A program made the position numbers and the translations under genes. The notes under the pieces were generated by a model that was not told the DNA's origin, ran no database searches, and worked only from the letters and a program-made list of their open reading frames with translations. DNA of 63,487 nucleotides, the filler included, from Rozella allomycis CSF55 (taxonomy: Eukaryota), in the NCBI GenBank assembly GCA_000442015.1. It is 12 parts of 12 records of this genome, joined end to end, with 100 filler letters (N's around TTAATTAATTAA, not from the genome) between each part and the next. Parts side by side here need not be neighbours in the genome. Positions count along the whole stretch, not along the records: positions 37,602 to 56,627 come from KE561394.1; positions 56,728 to 58,039 come from KE561395.1; positions 58,140 to 63,487 come from KE561400.1; 9 more parts are not named here. One strand, written 5' to 3'. Position 1 is the first letter of the stretch. Each line of letters begins with the position of its first letter. This document shows positions 50,026-62,792 of the stretch, in pieces.

Positions 50026-50329
50026 NGTGATCGCTATAATAACTCATTTTAATCTTAAAACAAACAAACTTAAACTAACTTAACTTAACTTGATCTTTAT
50101 TTATTGCAAGGCTCTTCCTTTTATAGCATTATGACAGTGATTGATAGGTTTTGTCACTTGTCACATCTTGTTCTGAATTTATTTGGGCGCCCTAGAGTTT
50201 CATTTGTGTCATCTGGCATTGCATGTGTGCCATCGTGAGGTTCATTTGTGTAAATTTGAGTTTGTCTGCCCCAGTTTGATTTTTATTTGGTGCAACATCA
50301 AGTTCGAGAATGAATGCATGTATTCTGAT

Positions 50330-51954
50330 TTCGCTGTCGAGAAACTCCTAAGTAGATTTGGGAGATCCTTTTGGGAGGAACAAAACCCATTATCCAGTGA
50401 TATTGGCAGTAATGTTAAACTCTTTAATCAAATCGGGGATACAGTTTCGTCATAAGAATGAGAAGAAGCGACAGTCATTTGGTAGCCAACAAAGTCCTTT
50501 ACGGCGTTAATGTCTAGTTAAATCATAAACGACTCAATAGTTTTGAATATTGGCGAAACAGGTTGACAATAAAAACCGCCAGTCTTACCCTTCAAATCAT
50601 CAGGCGTAGTATAATTTATTTTCTTTATTCCCTTAGGAATGACACGATACTTTTCGTGATCAATAAATTTGTCAACATCTGCGGCGTATTCCTGTGTCTC
50701 GCTGGCATTGTCGAAAATAGCGAATCACTGTTCATGAATATTACTCAACTCGTTAATATAAATTTTCTAAATACACGAAAAATATAAATTTAAATTTTAC
50801 CGCCAAATGATAATTCGTTTTAGTAAAATTGTTCGTTAAGTTTGTATTACAATCTGTTCGTTGCTTTTTGAAGAAGGCAAGGATTCCGTTGTCAACTGGA
50901 ATCTCATTATTCAGGTTTCTCAATTCATGCATTCCAGATTCAGCGAGTTTAAGGTGTGAAACAGCTTCATAAATATTTCCCTGCAGACCACCACCAATTT
51001 TTGAAGCGTTTTGTACTGCATACAACGCATGGGCATAATAGCGCCGTCACCTGAACACCCTGTTTGTAAAACATTCGACTACATATCTACAACACCATTT
51101 CAAATCATAGTTGAGAAGAGTTTCATTAGGTTCAATAAGATCAAGCACACAAGGAATATTTCCAGCAATATCAATATCTGTAACGCGGAGCAACAATTCT
51201 AAATCCACTGACATGAATTTTCTTTTTATTGTGATGTGCTAAAACTAGATCTTGAAACGCCACCAAAAAGATCAAATCTTGTTTTACATATTTCCAGTGC
51301 AAAATTTGTCAGAGATCTATTTTAGTTTTCTTCTCCATTACTTTCAATCAAGCAAATGTTTTTGAGCAACTCTTGTCGTCCATGCATTTATAAACTCTGT
51401 CACGTCCTCGTTGCTCCAAGGTAGAACATAGACTAACGGCGCATCAACAGACTTTTGAAACCTTTGGTAATTTCTCTTTTATAGTGAACAGAATGATATA
51501 GTTCTAAATTGTCTTCCAATAAACTTGTTGTCAACAGACCCAGCCAAAAGAATCCAACAAATGTCGTTTTTCCAAATCTGTGGGGCAACGTCACCCTTCA
51601 TCACTACGGTCTTTTCTTTCCATCAAAGTATTTCCATGTTCTGTTCTCACACTCAACATAAACATTCTCTCTCAATTCATAAACTAGATGTTTCAACACA
51701 GATATTATAGCTGATGACTCTCTAACCCAAGGTGACCCTGTGCATATGAACCTTCCTTTATTGTATCCCTTAATCTTTTTATAATCGCCCCATAACACTT
51801 CCGATTAAACACATCTGCACTCACACCCAACTCTGTAAAATTGTTATCTAGCCTAATGCATGTTCCGGGGTTATAATTTGCCATTTCTTCGCTAGCAGGA
51901 ATACTTTTGGGGTGTCAATTTTACTCTTAACAATAGTTAAAATCTTTCTCGCAA
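50330..51954 (-). pseudogene. CRN/RHS-type P-loop NTPase + restriction-endonuclease-like protein, degenerate copy A
   Basis: Walker A decayed to GSPWVRES; RFDLFGGVSR, GGLQGNIYEAVSH; multiple stops and frameshifts. Confidence 0.65.
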
Positions 51955-51955
51955 N

Positions 51956-52850
51956 CCTGCATTACTTCCCTTAAATTAGCGGACATGACTTTTCTTTCTA
52001 TTATGGTTTTGAATTGTTTCAAAGAAATTGATTTGCTAAAAATAGATCTTAAAACGTCACCAACAAGATCAAATCTTTTTTTACAAATTTCCAGTGCAAA
52101 ATTTGTCAGAGATCTATTTTCGTTTACTTTTCCATTACTTTCAATCGAGGCAAAATTTCTTTGAGCAAACTCTTGTCTGTCATAGCATTTATAAACTTTG
52201 TCACTTCCTCTTTGCTCCAAGGTGGAACATAGACCAACGGCGCATCAACAGACTTTTGAAACCTTTGGTAATTTCTCTTTTGTGGTGAACAGAATGCTAT
52301 CGTTCTAAATTTTCTGCCAATAAACTTGTCGTCAACAGACCCATCCAAAAGAACCCAACAATTTTCGTTTTTCTAAATCTTTGTGGCAAAGTCACCCTTC
52401 ATCACTACTGTTTTCTTTTTGCCATCAAAGTATTTCCATGTTCTGTTCTCACACTCAACATAAACATTCTCTCCCAATTCATAAACTAGATGTTTCAACA
52501 CAGATATTATAGCTGATGACTTTCCAACCCCAGGTAATCCTGTGCATATGAAACTTCTTTTATTGTATCCCTTAATCTTTGTTATAATCATCCCATAACA
52601 CTTCCGATTAAACACATCTGCACTCACTCCCAGCTCTGTAAAATTGTTATCTAGCCTAATGCATGTTCCTGGGTTATAATTTGCCATTTCTTCACTGGCA
52701 GGAATAATTTTTGGGGTGTCAATTTTACTCTTAACAATAGTTAAAATCTTTCTCGCAAACGCTTCATCTGGGACTAAGTCTTTGTGATAAAGCAAATTTT
52801 GTATCACGAACTCAACATCCTATTCAGGCATTGGGCCTGAAGGTAGAAGC
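51956..52850 (-). pseudogene. CRN/RHS-type P-loop NTPase, degenerate copy B
   Basis: FNRKCY, GLPGVGKS, WVLLDG, CSP....Y..F.K, YVPPWSKEE; in-frame stop at about 52373. Confidence 0.7.
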
Positions 52851-53580
52851 TTAACCAATCTTGAAGCAGTTCCATGGCTGAATGCAGTTTGCAGCTGTTT
52901 CAGTATTTCTTCTCGCAGCTTCAGACTTCCCACTTCTTCTTCAGATCTTAAAGATAACGATTATAGAGATTCGGCTAATGTTTTTTCATGACCTCATATT
53001 TTTTTTGCGATTTTTTGGCTTTGAGAGGGAGGACTTTACGGCTTCTTGCATGTTCCTGCCAAAAGTTTTTTCAACATAATCTATGAGGCGTAGTATGTTT
53101 TCTTTCGTAAACATCAAAACTAAAATTGTCGTGAGACACTCTTACTATTATTGTCATCGTTGGTGACTTCAACATTCCTTTTCTTGGCTGTCATGACCAG
53201 GCTCATGCGCGTAACTTGTAAATTTATAGGTTCACAGACTACCCCTGTAATCATTACGTAATTTCGGGAATTTGCCTTATTGTATTGGTAGAGTTAAAAT
53301 CCTCCCGTGTTCAATTCTCACCTTGGGATCGAACCAACAAGCCCTCCGGAACATTTCAAAGACATTAAGCTTCACACATGCTCTAAAATACATTAATACA
53401 ATCAATCTAAAGTGTGCTAACTCGACATTANTTAAATATATAGGTTCACATACTACCCCTGGAATCATTTCGTAATTTCGGGAATTCAATATGCCTTATT
53501 ATGTTATCTCGTAAAGTTCACCCCGGTCGTGCTAACCCTGGTCGTCACACTAAGCCACTTTTCACTAAATATATTCCAGG

Positions 53581-53810
53581 ATGTCCCCCCTGGTTATAAC
53601 TTTCTTTATTAACACTTTAGAATACGTCATGTTGAATTCAACGACTACCACTTACACTAAAGTAAGCCCCAAGTTTACCGCATTTCTCACCGTTAAACAC
53701 AGGATCGAGGGACTAAAAGACGCTCTAGAACTGAAGCTACCTACTTTTACAGGTGATCTCGGAGAAGACCTTGTTGTCTGGACAAAGGAAGTTCAACACG
53801 CCGCTAAGAN
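53581..53810 (+). mobile_element. Ty3/gypsy gag N-terminal fragment
   Basis: LKLPTFTGDLGEDLVVW. Confidence 0.55.
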
Positions 53811-54639
53811 TTCAACCTCTTGTTTAAGAGTTTGCGAGGAAAATGAATGGTTGCTTCTTACGGCTTCATGATTTAGAGACGATTAAGAATACAAAAAACG
53901 AAATACTTTGTTTAGAAAATTAATTACTATCAATAAGTCTCGCAGTGCTCGGTAAATCGGACGGGGAGTTTATAGTTATCAATTTCTATTGGTGGTTATC
54001 GTATTCAGTTGGGGAACTCTCCTTTGTCTTGGACAAGCTTTAGGCAAAAGAATACCGCTAAATCTAGTTCTGAATCGGAATACATTTTTCTTGCGGTAAC
54101 TACACATAAACTTCTTTGGATAAAACGCAAAACAATTAACAACTGTTTTCTATTTGATCATTTTTTCACATAAGTATGACTCCCGAAATATAATCTACTA
54201 ATATTCAACGCATTTGAAATCCTGTTCACCGCTTTCTGCTATCACCCGTAAAAGTGACCTTTATTACCGTTTTCCAGTTTCCTCTTGGGAATCCCGAATT
54301 TCCATTATCTTNGGTTTGCTTCGTTTCCTTCTTTTTAGGTTTATTGTTTAATTCAATGTATTGGTACATATCTGTTTGTGGAAAAGAATGAGGGAAGAAA
54401 TTAGAATAGTTTATTTAAGAGACCCTTAAGAGTTCCTATACCAATAGAACAAAAAAGGGCATTGCATTATAAGTTCCAAAAATTGCAGTTTAAAACGCAG
54501 AAGGAATAGAGCCCGATTTCAACATCGCAAGTGACGCAGGTCATCTTATTTTTGCTGCGAAAAACTTGATCTAAATCATTTTCAACAGACAACAGAAAAG
54601 AAACATCTCATTGAACACATCAGTGTCTATTTAAAAAAN

Positions 54640-56627
54640 AAACTAATTGCAAGTCACTTACAGCTGCCAATGGTCAAGTGGCCCAAGTCAAGGGTTCAAT
54701 AACAATCCCGGTCCAAATTGTCGCACTAGGGTCCTCAATCGAAATTCCAACTAGGTTCAATGTTATTGATAATCGTTCCTCAAATGCCATCTTAGGTCTC
54801 GAATTCATGGAACAAACTCACGCCTCAATTAATTTGTCAACAAGAACACTCACGCTATTTGGGCGGGAAATCGATCTTCAAAGCAATCAAGTACACGAAG
54901 CCACCGCACATGATGATTGATCCAGATGATCGATGATCTCATTTTATCAAAATTTGACTGCAATAGCTTTCAAGATTCTGGACCATCTTCCTCAACAACC
55001 TTCAGTTAAATTAAATACTGATTCTTTATTTAGGGAATTTCATTGCATTCAAGGAAATGAAGAAAATATTGGTTGCTACAATNATTTAGTCAGATTGATT
55101 TCAACAGCGGGTACTTCCAAATTCCGATCAGAGAAGAAGAAATTCCGAAAACTAGCTTTGTTCTGCCCTTTGGTCAATATGAATTTTTACGCTTACCTTT
55201 TGGAATTGCGCCCGCGCCGATGATCTCTCAGAAAATTATGTCTGACCTTATGTCTGTCGGAGTTTGAATTTATCCGCGTATACATGGATGACATACTTGT
55301 AGTGAGCGAAAATCCCGAGGAANCGCGCAATGAAAAAATGAGATTGATTGTGGATTACAGACCCGTGAACAGGTTGATCACACTTCCAAGATTTCCGATG
55401 CCAAGATCACGTGATATCATTTAGTCATTACATGGCAGCAAGATCTTCAGTCAAATTGATTTAAACAGCGGGGACTTCCAAATTCCGATCAGAGAAGAAG
55501 ACATTCCGAAAACTAGTTTGTTCNATTGTAGTGCGCGAAAATCCCGAGGAACATTTGATGCATTTACAGTCGGTATTTCAGAAACTCAAGGAAGCCCATC
55601 TCACAATTAGTCAGGAAAAGTCAAAGTTTTTTCAATTGAAGGTGGAATACCAAGAAATTTGAAGGAACTCAGATCAATACTAGGATATCTTAATTTTTAT
55701 CGAAACATGATTCCCAATTTAAGCGCGCGAACCGCCATTTTTACCAATATGACCAAGAAAGGAAGCAAATTTCACTGGAACAATGATATGACACATTTAT
55801 TAAAAGAAATATTTGATGAACTATTACACGAAGCAAAATTGGCACACCCTGATTACTCCAAGCCGTTTGATCTTTACTGTGACGCAAGTGACTATNGGAA
55901 ACAAATATTTGATGAATTATTACATGAAGCGTAATTTGCACACCCTGATTACTACAAGCCGTTTGATCTTTACTGTGACGCAAGTGATTATGCTGTTGGG
56001 GCGGTACTTCAACACGACGGTCGCCCATTACACTTTTTTAGCCGAAAACTGAATCCTGCTCAACAAAATTATACTGTTACCGAAAAAGCATGTTTAGCCA
56101 TAGTATGGGCACTTCAAGATATGAGAACTATGATTTTCGGGTGTGAAATAAGGGTATATACTGATCATTCAAACTTAGAATTTCTTAATGGATCAAAATT
56201 AGGAAGAGTTCAACGTTGGAAACTTATAATTGATGAATACAATGTTTCAATCAAGCACATTGCTGGAGTAGAGAATGGAGCAGCTGATTGTTTGTCAAGA
56301 TGTTGTTGTCTGAATATGTTGGAAACTGATGAGAATATATATCCTCTTGACATCAACGTCATCAAGTCAGGTCAAGTCCAAGATGGGATGATTAGATTGA
56401 CAGATGAGGTCATGCACACAAAGACAGGTGCCGTCATTATACCTGCCAATCACACATATAAGGTCCTTGAATATTTTCATGATATCTTTCATCATCCAGG
56501 AAGCAATAAATTATATTATACATTGAAGCCTCTTGTTTATTGGAAAAGAATGTTTGATGATATTTCACACTTCTGTGCAAATTGCGAAGACTGTCAAAGA
56601 GCAAAACCATCAAACAAGCATTATGGA
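54640..56627 (+). mobile_element. Second Ty3/gypsy pol (protease, RT, RNase H, integrase Zn finger), fragmented
   Basis: TAANGQ..ILGLEF, RLIVDYRPVN, YMDDIL, FDLYCDASDYAVGAVL, YTDHSNL, NGAADCLSR, HPG..CEDCQ. Confidence 0.92.
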
Positions 56628-56727
56628 NNNNNNNNNNNNNNNNNNNNNNNNNNNNNNNNNNNNNNNNNNNNTTAATTAATTAANNNNNNNNNNNNNNNNN
56701 NNNNNNNNNNNNNNNNNNNNNNNNNNN

Positions 56728-57279
56728 TCTACTATCATTTTATCGCCATCAAACGGTGATCGAATTGAAGAGGGGACGCCCTTTGTCATTAGTGTCAAGA
56801 CTGTCAATTTGCAATTGGGATTCTTTGATAATCCACAGACAGAATATTATTTAAGTCCACAGACCTTGAATAGTAACGGAATCATTGAAGGTCACCAACA
56901 TGTTGTTGTCCAAGCATTGCCAGACGGCACGGTACCACCAAGCGCACAGGACTTCAAATTCTTTAAGGGCTTAAACAGTGAATCTGCTGACGGTGTTCTT
57001 AGCGTTAATGTAACGGAAGGTATTGCTGGAGTTGGATCTCACAGAATATGCACAATCACTGGGTCAAGAGGACATCAGCCAGTTTTAATGCCAGTCGCAC
57101 AAAGAGGATCACAAGATGATTGCATTAGAATTGAAATCGTAAAGAAGAAGAATGGAAAGGGAGGAAAAGGATTCAATAATGTTGCTGAAGACGTTACCGA
57201 AGGTGAACTTGAAAGAGTGCGACATGGTCGTAGAAGAGAAGGAAGAAGAAGGTTTAGAGACAGAAGACACAGGGATTAA
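56728..57279 (+). CDS. Conserved fungal (probably secreted) protein of the family often mis-annotated as 'ribosomal protein S17', 5' truncated
   Basis: LQLGFFDNP...YY..PQ.L...G.I.GH.HV, FFKGLN, RICTI....HQPVLMPVAQRGSQDDCIR. Confidence 0.7.
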   Translation, partial: STIILSPSNGDRIEEGTPFVISVKTVNLQLGFFDNPQTEYYLSPQTLNSNGIIEGHQHVVVQALPDGTVPPSAQDFKFFKGLNSESADGVLSVNVTEGIAGVGSHRICTITGSRGHQPVLMPVAQRGSQDDCIRIEIVKKKNGKGGKGFNNVAEDVTEGELERVRHGRRREGRRRFRDRRHRD

Positions 57280-57345
57280 ATTAAAAATAAATGATATTAT
57301 TAACCTAACAAGTGTTTAAATTAGGATTTTATTGAGCGCGTACAT

Positions 57346-58039
57346 TCATAAAAAGCCAACACTTCCGGCCCTCGATCTAGGGACAAATTTCTCAAAAGAA
57401 GATCTCATTGATATTTTATCTCCGGATTGTCGACCATTGAATTTTTCCATTGTTGAGTTCCTAGTCCACCAATTACAAGCGACTTGTAGGCTATCTTTCC
57501 ATTTTTGAATTCCTACCAAGTCATCTGAGGCGATTACCAAAGTGGGTGTCTTTGAATGTAATGGAAATTCTAATTGCAGGAAGATGTAGCTTCTCATATC
57601 AGAAGTTGCCTCCGCTTCTTCACTAGATATTGGTTTTAAAAATGCATCATCTAATCTGTATATTTGTGGATCACTTCTTTTGTCTCTTTGTGCAGGATAA
57701 AAGAATAGAAAATTCTCTCTCAAAACTGCAAATTTCGGTTTCCATTGTTTTGACTTTTTTATAATCAATCCGTTTGCACTTGATTCATTTATGAGATCAG
57801 AAACATTCAAAGAACCAAATATTGTCTTGCATAGATTTTCAAGAGAAGAATAAGTGTTGTAAAGAAACCTCAATCGTGATGTATGAAGTTCTGTTCTTTC
57901 TCTTTCCAAAGACATGTACTCTACAAGAATTTCAGTTTTACAATGTTTTGACTGTAATTTATCCAGTTCGCTCATCATCAAAGCGTTAGATTCTTCAGAG
58001 GTCTCTGTAATTTTCTTTTGGGAAATCAGCTCTTCATTC
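57346..58039 (-). CDS. Coiled-coil + PH-domain protein, 5' truncated
   Basis: GLIIKKSKQWKPKFAVLRENFLFFY...KWKDSLQ. Confidence 0.75.
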
Positions 58040-58139
58040 NNNNNNNNNNNNNNNNNNNNNNNNNNNNNNNNNNNNNNNNNNNNTTAATTAATTAANNNNN
58101 NNNNNNNNNNNNNNNNNNNNNNNNNNNNNNNNNNNNNNN

Positions 58140-58723
58140 CTCCATAATGAACGTCGACTCAAAACCCAAACAAGTCGTTGAAAAAGCTACAACTGAAGAA
58201 AACAAGAACAAATACAAAGATTACGGCTCTAAAATTGCAAAGGTGCTTGAAAAGTTTGACGAGGTCTTGCAAGCAAATCCAAACGCTAAAATCATCCTCT
58301 TTGTTCAGTACCGTCGCTTGGCTAATCTCATCGAATCTGCTTTAAACAATTTTCAAATCCCTCTAGTTCGCTTGCACGGAACAACTGCTATGCGAAATCG
58401 CGCGATTAGTGGATTCAAATACAACAATCAAACCAAAGTCATTATGTTAAGCTCTGAAGGTACTTTATTTCATACTCTATAATAGATTCTGTTAGTGGTC
58501 TGCATCTTCCTGAAGCAACTCATATCTTTATTGTACATCCTTTTTGGTTTGGTGATGGAAAAGATGATCAGGCTATCGCGGCTGAAAAACAAGGTATTTA
58601 ATGTTATATTCTTTTATAGGTATTGCTAGAGCTTATAGAATGGGATTGGATCATGAATTACAAGTATATCGATTCGTCACTAGAAATACTATCGAAGAGT
58701 CTGTTGCTAAAGCTAGATTGTAA
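58140..58723 (+). CDS. SNF2-family (Rad5/16-like) helicase C-terminal domain, 5' truncated
   Basis: YGSKI, KIILFVQY, SGLHLPEATHIF, EKQGIARAYRMG, VYRFVTRNTIEE; two 26-nt introns. Confidence 0.85.
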
Positions 58724-59118
58724 TTGTTAAATAAATTTGCATTTTTCATTTAATTCATTTGTTGTTGAAATCGATTTTATGTGATTTTTGCTAGGTATGT
58801 GGTTTTACAATATTGTCACTACAATTTCGCTATGAATTGACGATTTTCAACATATTTCAGCTTATTTCGTTATATTTCAATAAATTAATAATCGATATAG
58901 ATATTAGAATGCTTTCTTTAGCATTTCATCGTGAATTTCAGCTCTATTTTTGCTTAAACCGCGTTTTCCGAATTTCCCTCCNAATTTTCGACTTATTTCA
59001 GCTTATTCCATTAAATAATTGATCGATATAGATATTAGAATGCTTTCTTTAGCTTTTCATGCTGAATTTCAGCTCTATTTTTGCTTAAACCGCGTTTTCC
59101 GAATTTCCCTCCAAAACG

Positions 59119-59151
59119 GACCAATCAGAAGCCTCCATTTTTGGCGGCAAA
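59119..59151 (+). promoter_or_regulatory. CCAAT box plus E2F-like site upstream of RNR2
   Basis: GACCAATCAG (59119-59128) and TTTTGGCGGCAAA (59139-59151), ending 9 nt before the ATG. Confidence 0.5.
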
Positions 59152-59160
59152 TTGACCAAC

Positions 59161-60288
59161 ATGTTGGCAACTGCAACCAGGGTCAACGATAAATACAGGC
59201 AGCCCCTCGTCACCCCAACAAAATACATGATCGGTCTTGTTGAAAACCAAATGAACGCACTCAAAATAGCCACTCCAGAGTCATCCAAGAAGATAAAGTC
59301 TCCTAAATTGCTAGCCGAGCAGAACGAGCCCATTTTAAAAGAAAACCCTACCCGTTTCGTTCTCTTCCCAATCCAGTACCACGACGTGTGGCAAATGTAC
59401 AAGAAATCAGTGGCCTCCTTCTGGACCGTCGAAGAAGTTGATCTCTCCAAGGATATGCACGACTGGGAGCGGTTGAACAGCGATGAACAGCATTTCATCT
59501 CGCATGTGCTTGCCTTTTTCGCTGCGAGTGACGGCATTGTCAATGAAAATTTGGTCGAGCGCTTTGCGCAGGAGGTGCAGATACCGGAAGCCAGGTGCTT
59601 TTATGGGATGCAGGTGTTTATTGAGAATATCCATTCGGAAATGTATAGCTTGCTGATTGACACGTATATCAAGGATCCGCAACGCAGAAGCTACCTGTTC
59701 AATGCGATTGAAACTTTGCCGTGTGTGAGGAAGAAGGCGGATTGGGCTTTGAGATGGATTTCTGATGAGAATTCGACGTTTTCAGAGAGATTGGTTGCTT
59801 TTGCTGCTGTCGAGGGAATCTTCTTTTCTGGATCTTTTGCGGCCATCTTTTGGCTCAAGAAGCGCGGATTGATGCCTGGTCTCACTTTTTCAAATGAATT
59901 GATTTCAAGGGATGAAGGTCTGCATTGCGATTTTGCTTGTCTGTTGTTTTCATTGCTAAAGAATCCAGCCTCTCAAGAAACAGTCACTAGCATTATAAAG
60001 GAAGCAGTTGAAATTGAACAAGAATTCTTAACAGAGGCACTTCCTGTCAACTTGATTGGAATGAACTGCGGGCTAATGAAGAAATACATTGAATTTGTTG
60101 CTGATAGACTATTAGTTGCTCTCGGATGCCCCAAGGTTTACCACACTGAAAATCCTTTTGATTTTATGGAAATGATTTCGCTTCAAGGAAAAACAAACTT
60201 TTTCGAAAAGAAGGTTGGTGAATATCAAAAAGCAGGTGTCATGAGCACTGAAGCAGAAAGAGTCTTTGCACTGGATGCCGACTTTTAA
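59161..60288 (+). CDS. RNR2: Ribonucleotide reductase small subunit (intronless)
   Basis: [70 protein letters not shown]. Confidence 0.98.
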   Translation: MLATATRVNDKYRQPLVTPTKYMIGLVENQMNALKIATPESSKKIKSPKLLAEQNEPILKENPTRFVLFPIQYHDVWQMYKKSVASFWTVEEVDLSKDMHDWERLNSDEQHFISHVLAFFAASDGIVNENLVERFAQEVQIPEARCFYGMQVFIENIHSEMYSLLIDTYIKDPQRRSYLFNAIETLPCVRKKADWALRWISDENSTFSERLVAFAAVEGIFFSGSFAAIFWLKKRGLMPGLTFSNELISRDEGLHCDFACLLFSLLKNPASQETVTSIIKEAVEIEQEFLTEALPVNLIGMNCGLMKKYIEFVADRLLVALGCPKVYHTENPFDFMEMISLQGKTNFFEKKVGEYQKAGVMSTEAERVFALDADF

Positions 60289-61023
60289 ATAGAATCTCTT
60301 GTAATTATATATAAATAAATAAAGCATTTTGAACATTTAATAACTAATAACTTCTTTATCTTAAAGCTACTTTGAAGTCCTCTATTTGCAGAAATAGGGA
60401 AGATTTATATCATCGTTTAAGATTTATATCATCGTTTAAGAAAGTCCAAAATATTTTATGCTAATGAATTAATTTATTAGTTTGAGATCTTTAATTTGCT
60501 TGAATATTTCAGGTAGTTGATCCATTGCGGCTATTCTCAAGTCTAAAAATCTCACATTTGACTTTTCGATCGCATTTGCAAAATTAACAATCTCCGAATC
60601 ATTCAAATCATCAAATGTTATACTCAGCCTTGTAATCTTGGACTTCTCCAGGGATTCCAAGAATTCATCAAAAGAATCCTTCCAGAACCAATTGTTTTTC
60701 ACGTTAAGGCTTTGAAGGTTAGAGTATTTCAATAATAGAGAAATCATTGTTAAATCATCAAAAGAGTTAGATTCAAGGTTCAAGTCAGTTACCGAGCCTG
60801 GCAAATTTCGCACAATGATATTCGCATCCCAATTGTTTAAGTGATTCTTTGACAGATCTAGTTTTCTTATGTTGCATTTCTTCAATGCACTACCGAATGG
60901 ATCCGACAGATNATCTTAAAGCTACTTTGAAGTCCTCTATTTGCAGAAATAGGGAAGATTTATATCATCGTTTAAGATTTATATCATCGTTTAAGAAAGT
61001 CCAAAATATTTTATGCTAATGAA

Positions 61024-62470
61024 TTAATTTATTAGTTTGAGATCTTTAATTTGCTTGAATATTTCAGGTAGTTGATCCATTGCGGCTATTCTCAAGTCTA
61101 AAAATCTCACATTTGACTTTTCGATCGCATTTGCAAAATTAACAATCTCCGAATCATTCAAATCATCAAATGTTATACTCAGCCTTTTAATCTTGGACTT
61201 CTCCAGGGATTCCAAGAATTCATCAAAAGAATCCTTCCAGAACCAATTGTTTTTCACGTTAAGGCTTTGAAGGTTAGAGTATTTCAATAATGAAGAAACT
61301 ATTGTTAAATCATCAAAAGAGTTGGATTCAAGGTTCAACTCAGTTACCGAGCCTGGTAGATTTCGCACAACGATATTTACATCCCGATTGTTTAAGTGAT
61401 TCTTTGACAGATCTAATTTTCTTATGTTGCATTTCTTCAATGCACTACCGAATGGATCCGAAAGATGAAAAATAGAAGCGTTGGATAGAATTAACTCTTC
61501 CAAGCTAGCCGTGCACAAAGAGATTATTTTCATGGCTCCATAGTTTCCTATTTGGTTTCTTGATAAATTCAAACGAGAAATATTGGAAAAAGAGAAATCA
61601 GAATACACTTCAATTAATTCAGCTATTGAAGAAGTGATTCTATTATTGGTGAAATTGACTTGTTTAATCCGTAGTTTTCTTCGTTGGATGTTGTCCAGAA
61701 GACTTACTGCACCAAACTCAAAGTTTGAATTAATAATATCGATTCTTTTCAAGGAGACGATTCTTGACACGGCCTCAACTAATGAATTACTAAAACCAAC
61801 TGGCTCGTAAACTTGTCTAGTAAAGAGATTCGAAATGATTAGTATTTGAAGCTTTCCTTCTTTAACAATGTCAGATAAATTCTTGTAGAATAACTTTAAT
61901 GAGTTTTTAACTCTACCGTCCAGCTTCAAGCCATAATTCACGTTACTATAGTACAGTTTATTTCGCCTATACTTGTTCAAACTTTTTACGTCGTCAAAGA
62001 GTAAATTGACGGGAAAAGGAACCAATGACCAATTCATNGCCGTCCAGCTTCAAGCCATAATTCACGTTACTGTAGTACAGTTTCTTTTGCCTATACTTGT
62101 TCAAGCTTTTTACGTCGTCAAAGATTAAATTGACGGGAAAAGGAACCAATGACCAATTCATGTCTACATCAAAAAAAATTTCGTTAACAATCAAATTTAC
62201 GCTATCCGTATCAACCGTTAAACTTTTCATTTTGCAGTTACTAAATTCACGCGGATAAACATGCGATAGAAACGTGCTGAAAGGTTGTATCAAGCTTCCA
62301 TGAAACCCTTTTGAGATTTTGCCAAACTTTCCTAGCTCTTTTGGAGTCAAGTAAGAATAAATACAGTTGAAAACGTAGTCTGGAAGCTTTTCAATTGGAG
62401 CATTTCTAGTGACAGTAGACGCGTTCAAAATATAGACGAAACATAAAAGAGTGATAGTTGAATACTTCAT
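61024..62470 (-). CDS. Secreted F-box + RNI-like LRR protein (candidate effector); second-allele or paralog 3' end at 60469-60911
   Basis: Signal peptide MKYSTITLLCFVYILNA, F-box IEKLPDYVFNCIYSYLTPKELGKFGKISKGF, LRRs LNLSRNQIGNYGA, LDLSKNHL, LNLESNSF. Confidence 0.8.
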
Positions 62471-62792
62471 GTGGCATAGTAAAGTGCTTTGTTGATTATT
62501 ACTTAAATTAAATGTGATTACACTCGATGTCATCATCTCTAATTACCTTTTCATTTACATTTTGGATTTTAGTTCCTGAATCCTGATCCTATAAATTGTG
62601 TTCCTATTTTAATTTTATTCATCAATCATCAAAAGACAAAAGATCAAAGAAATTGGTAATTTATTAAAGATTATACTTGTCTTGCANTCTTTTTGTATAC
62701 AATTTGTATTTTAAGTTCCTGATCCTATAAACTGTATTCCTATTTTAATTTTATTCATCAATCATCAAAAGATCAAAGAAATTGGTAATTTA

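Noticed and set aside
53305-53345. tRNA or SINE-like GGTTCGATCCC T-arm on the minus strand
   Set aside because: I could not build a D-arm, anticodon arm or acceptor stem.
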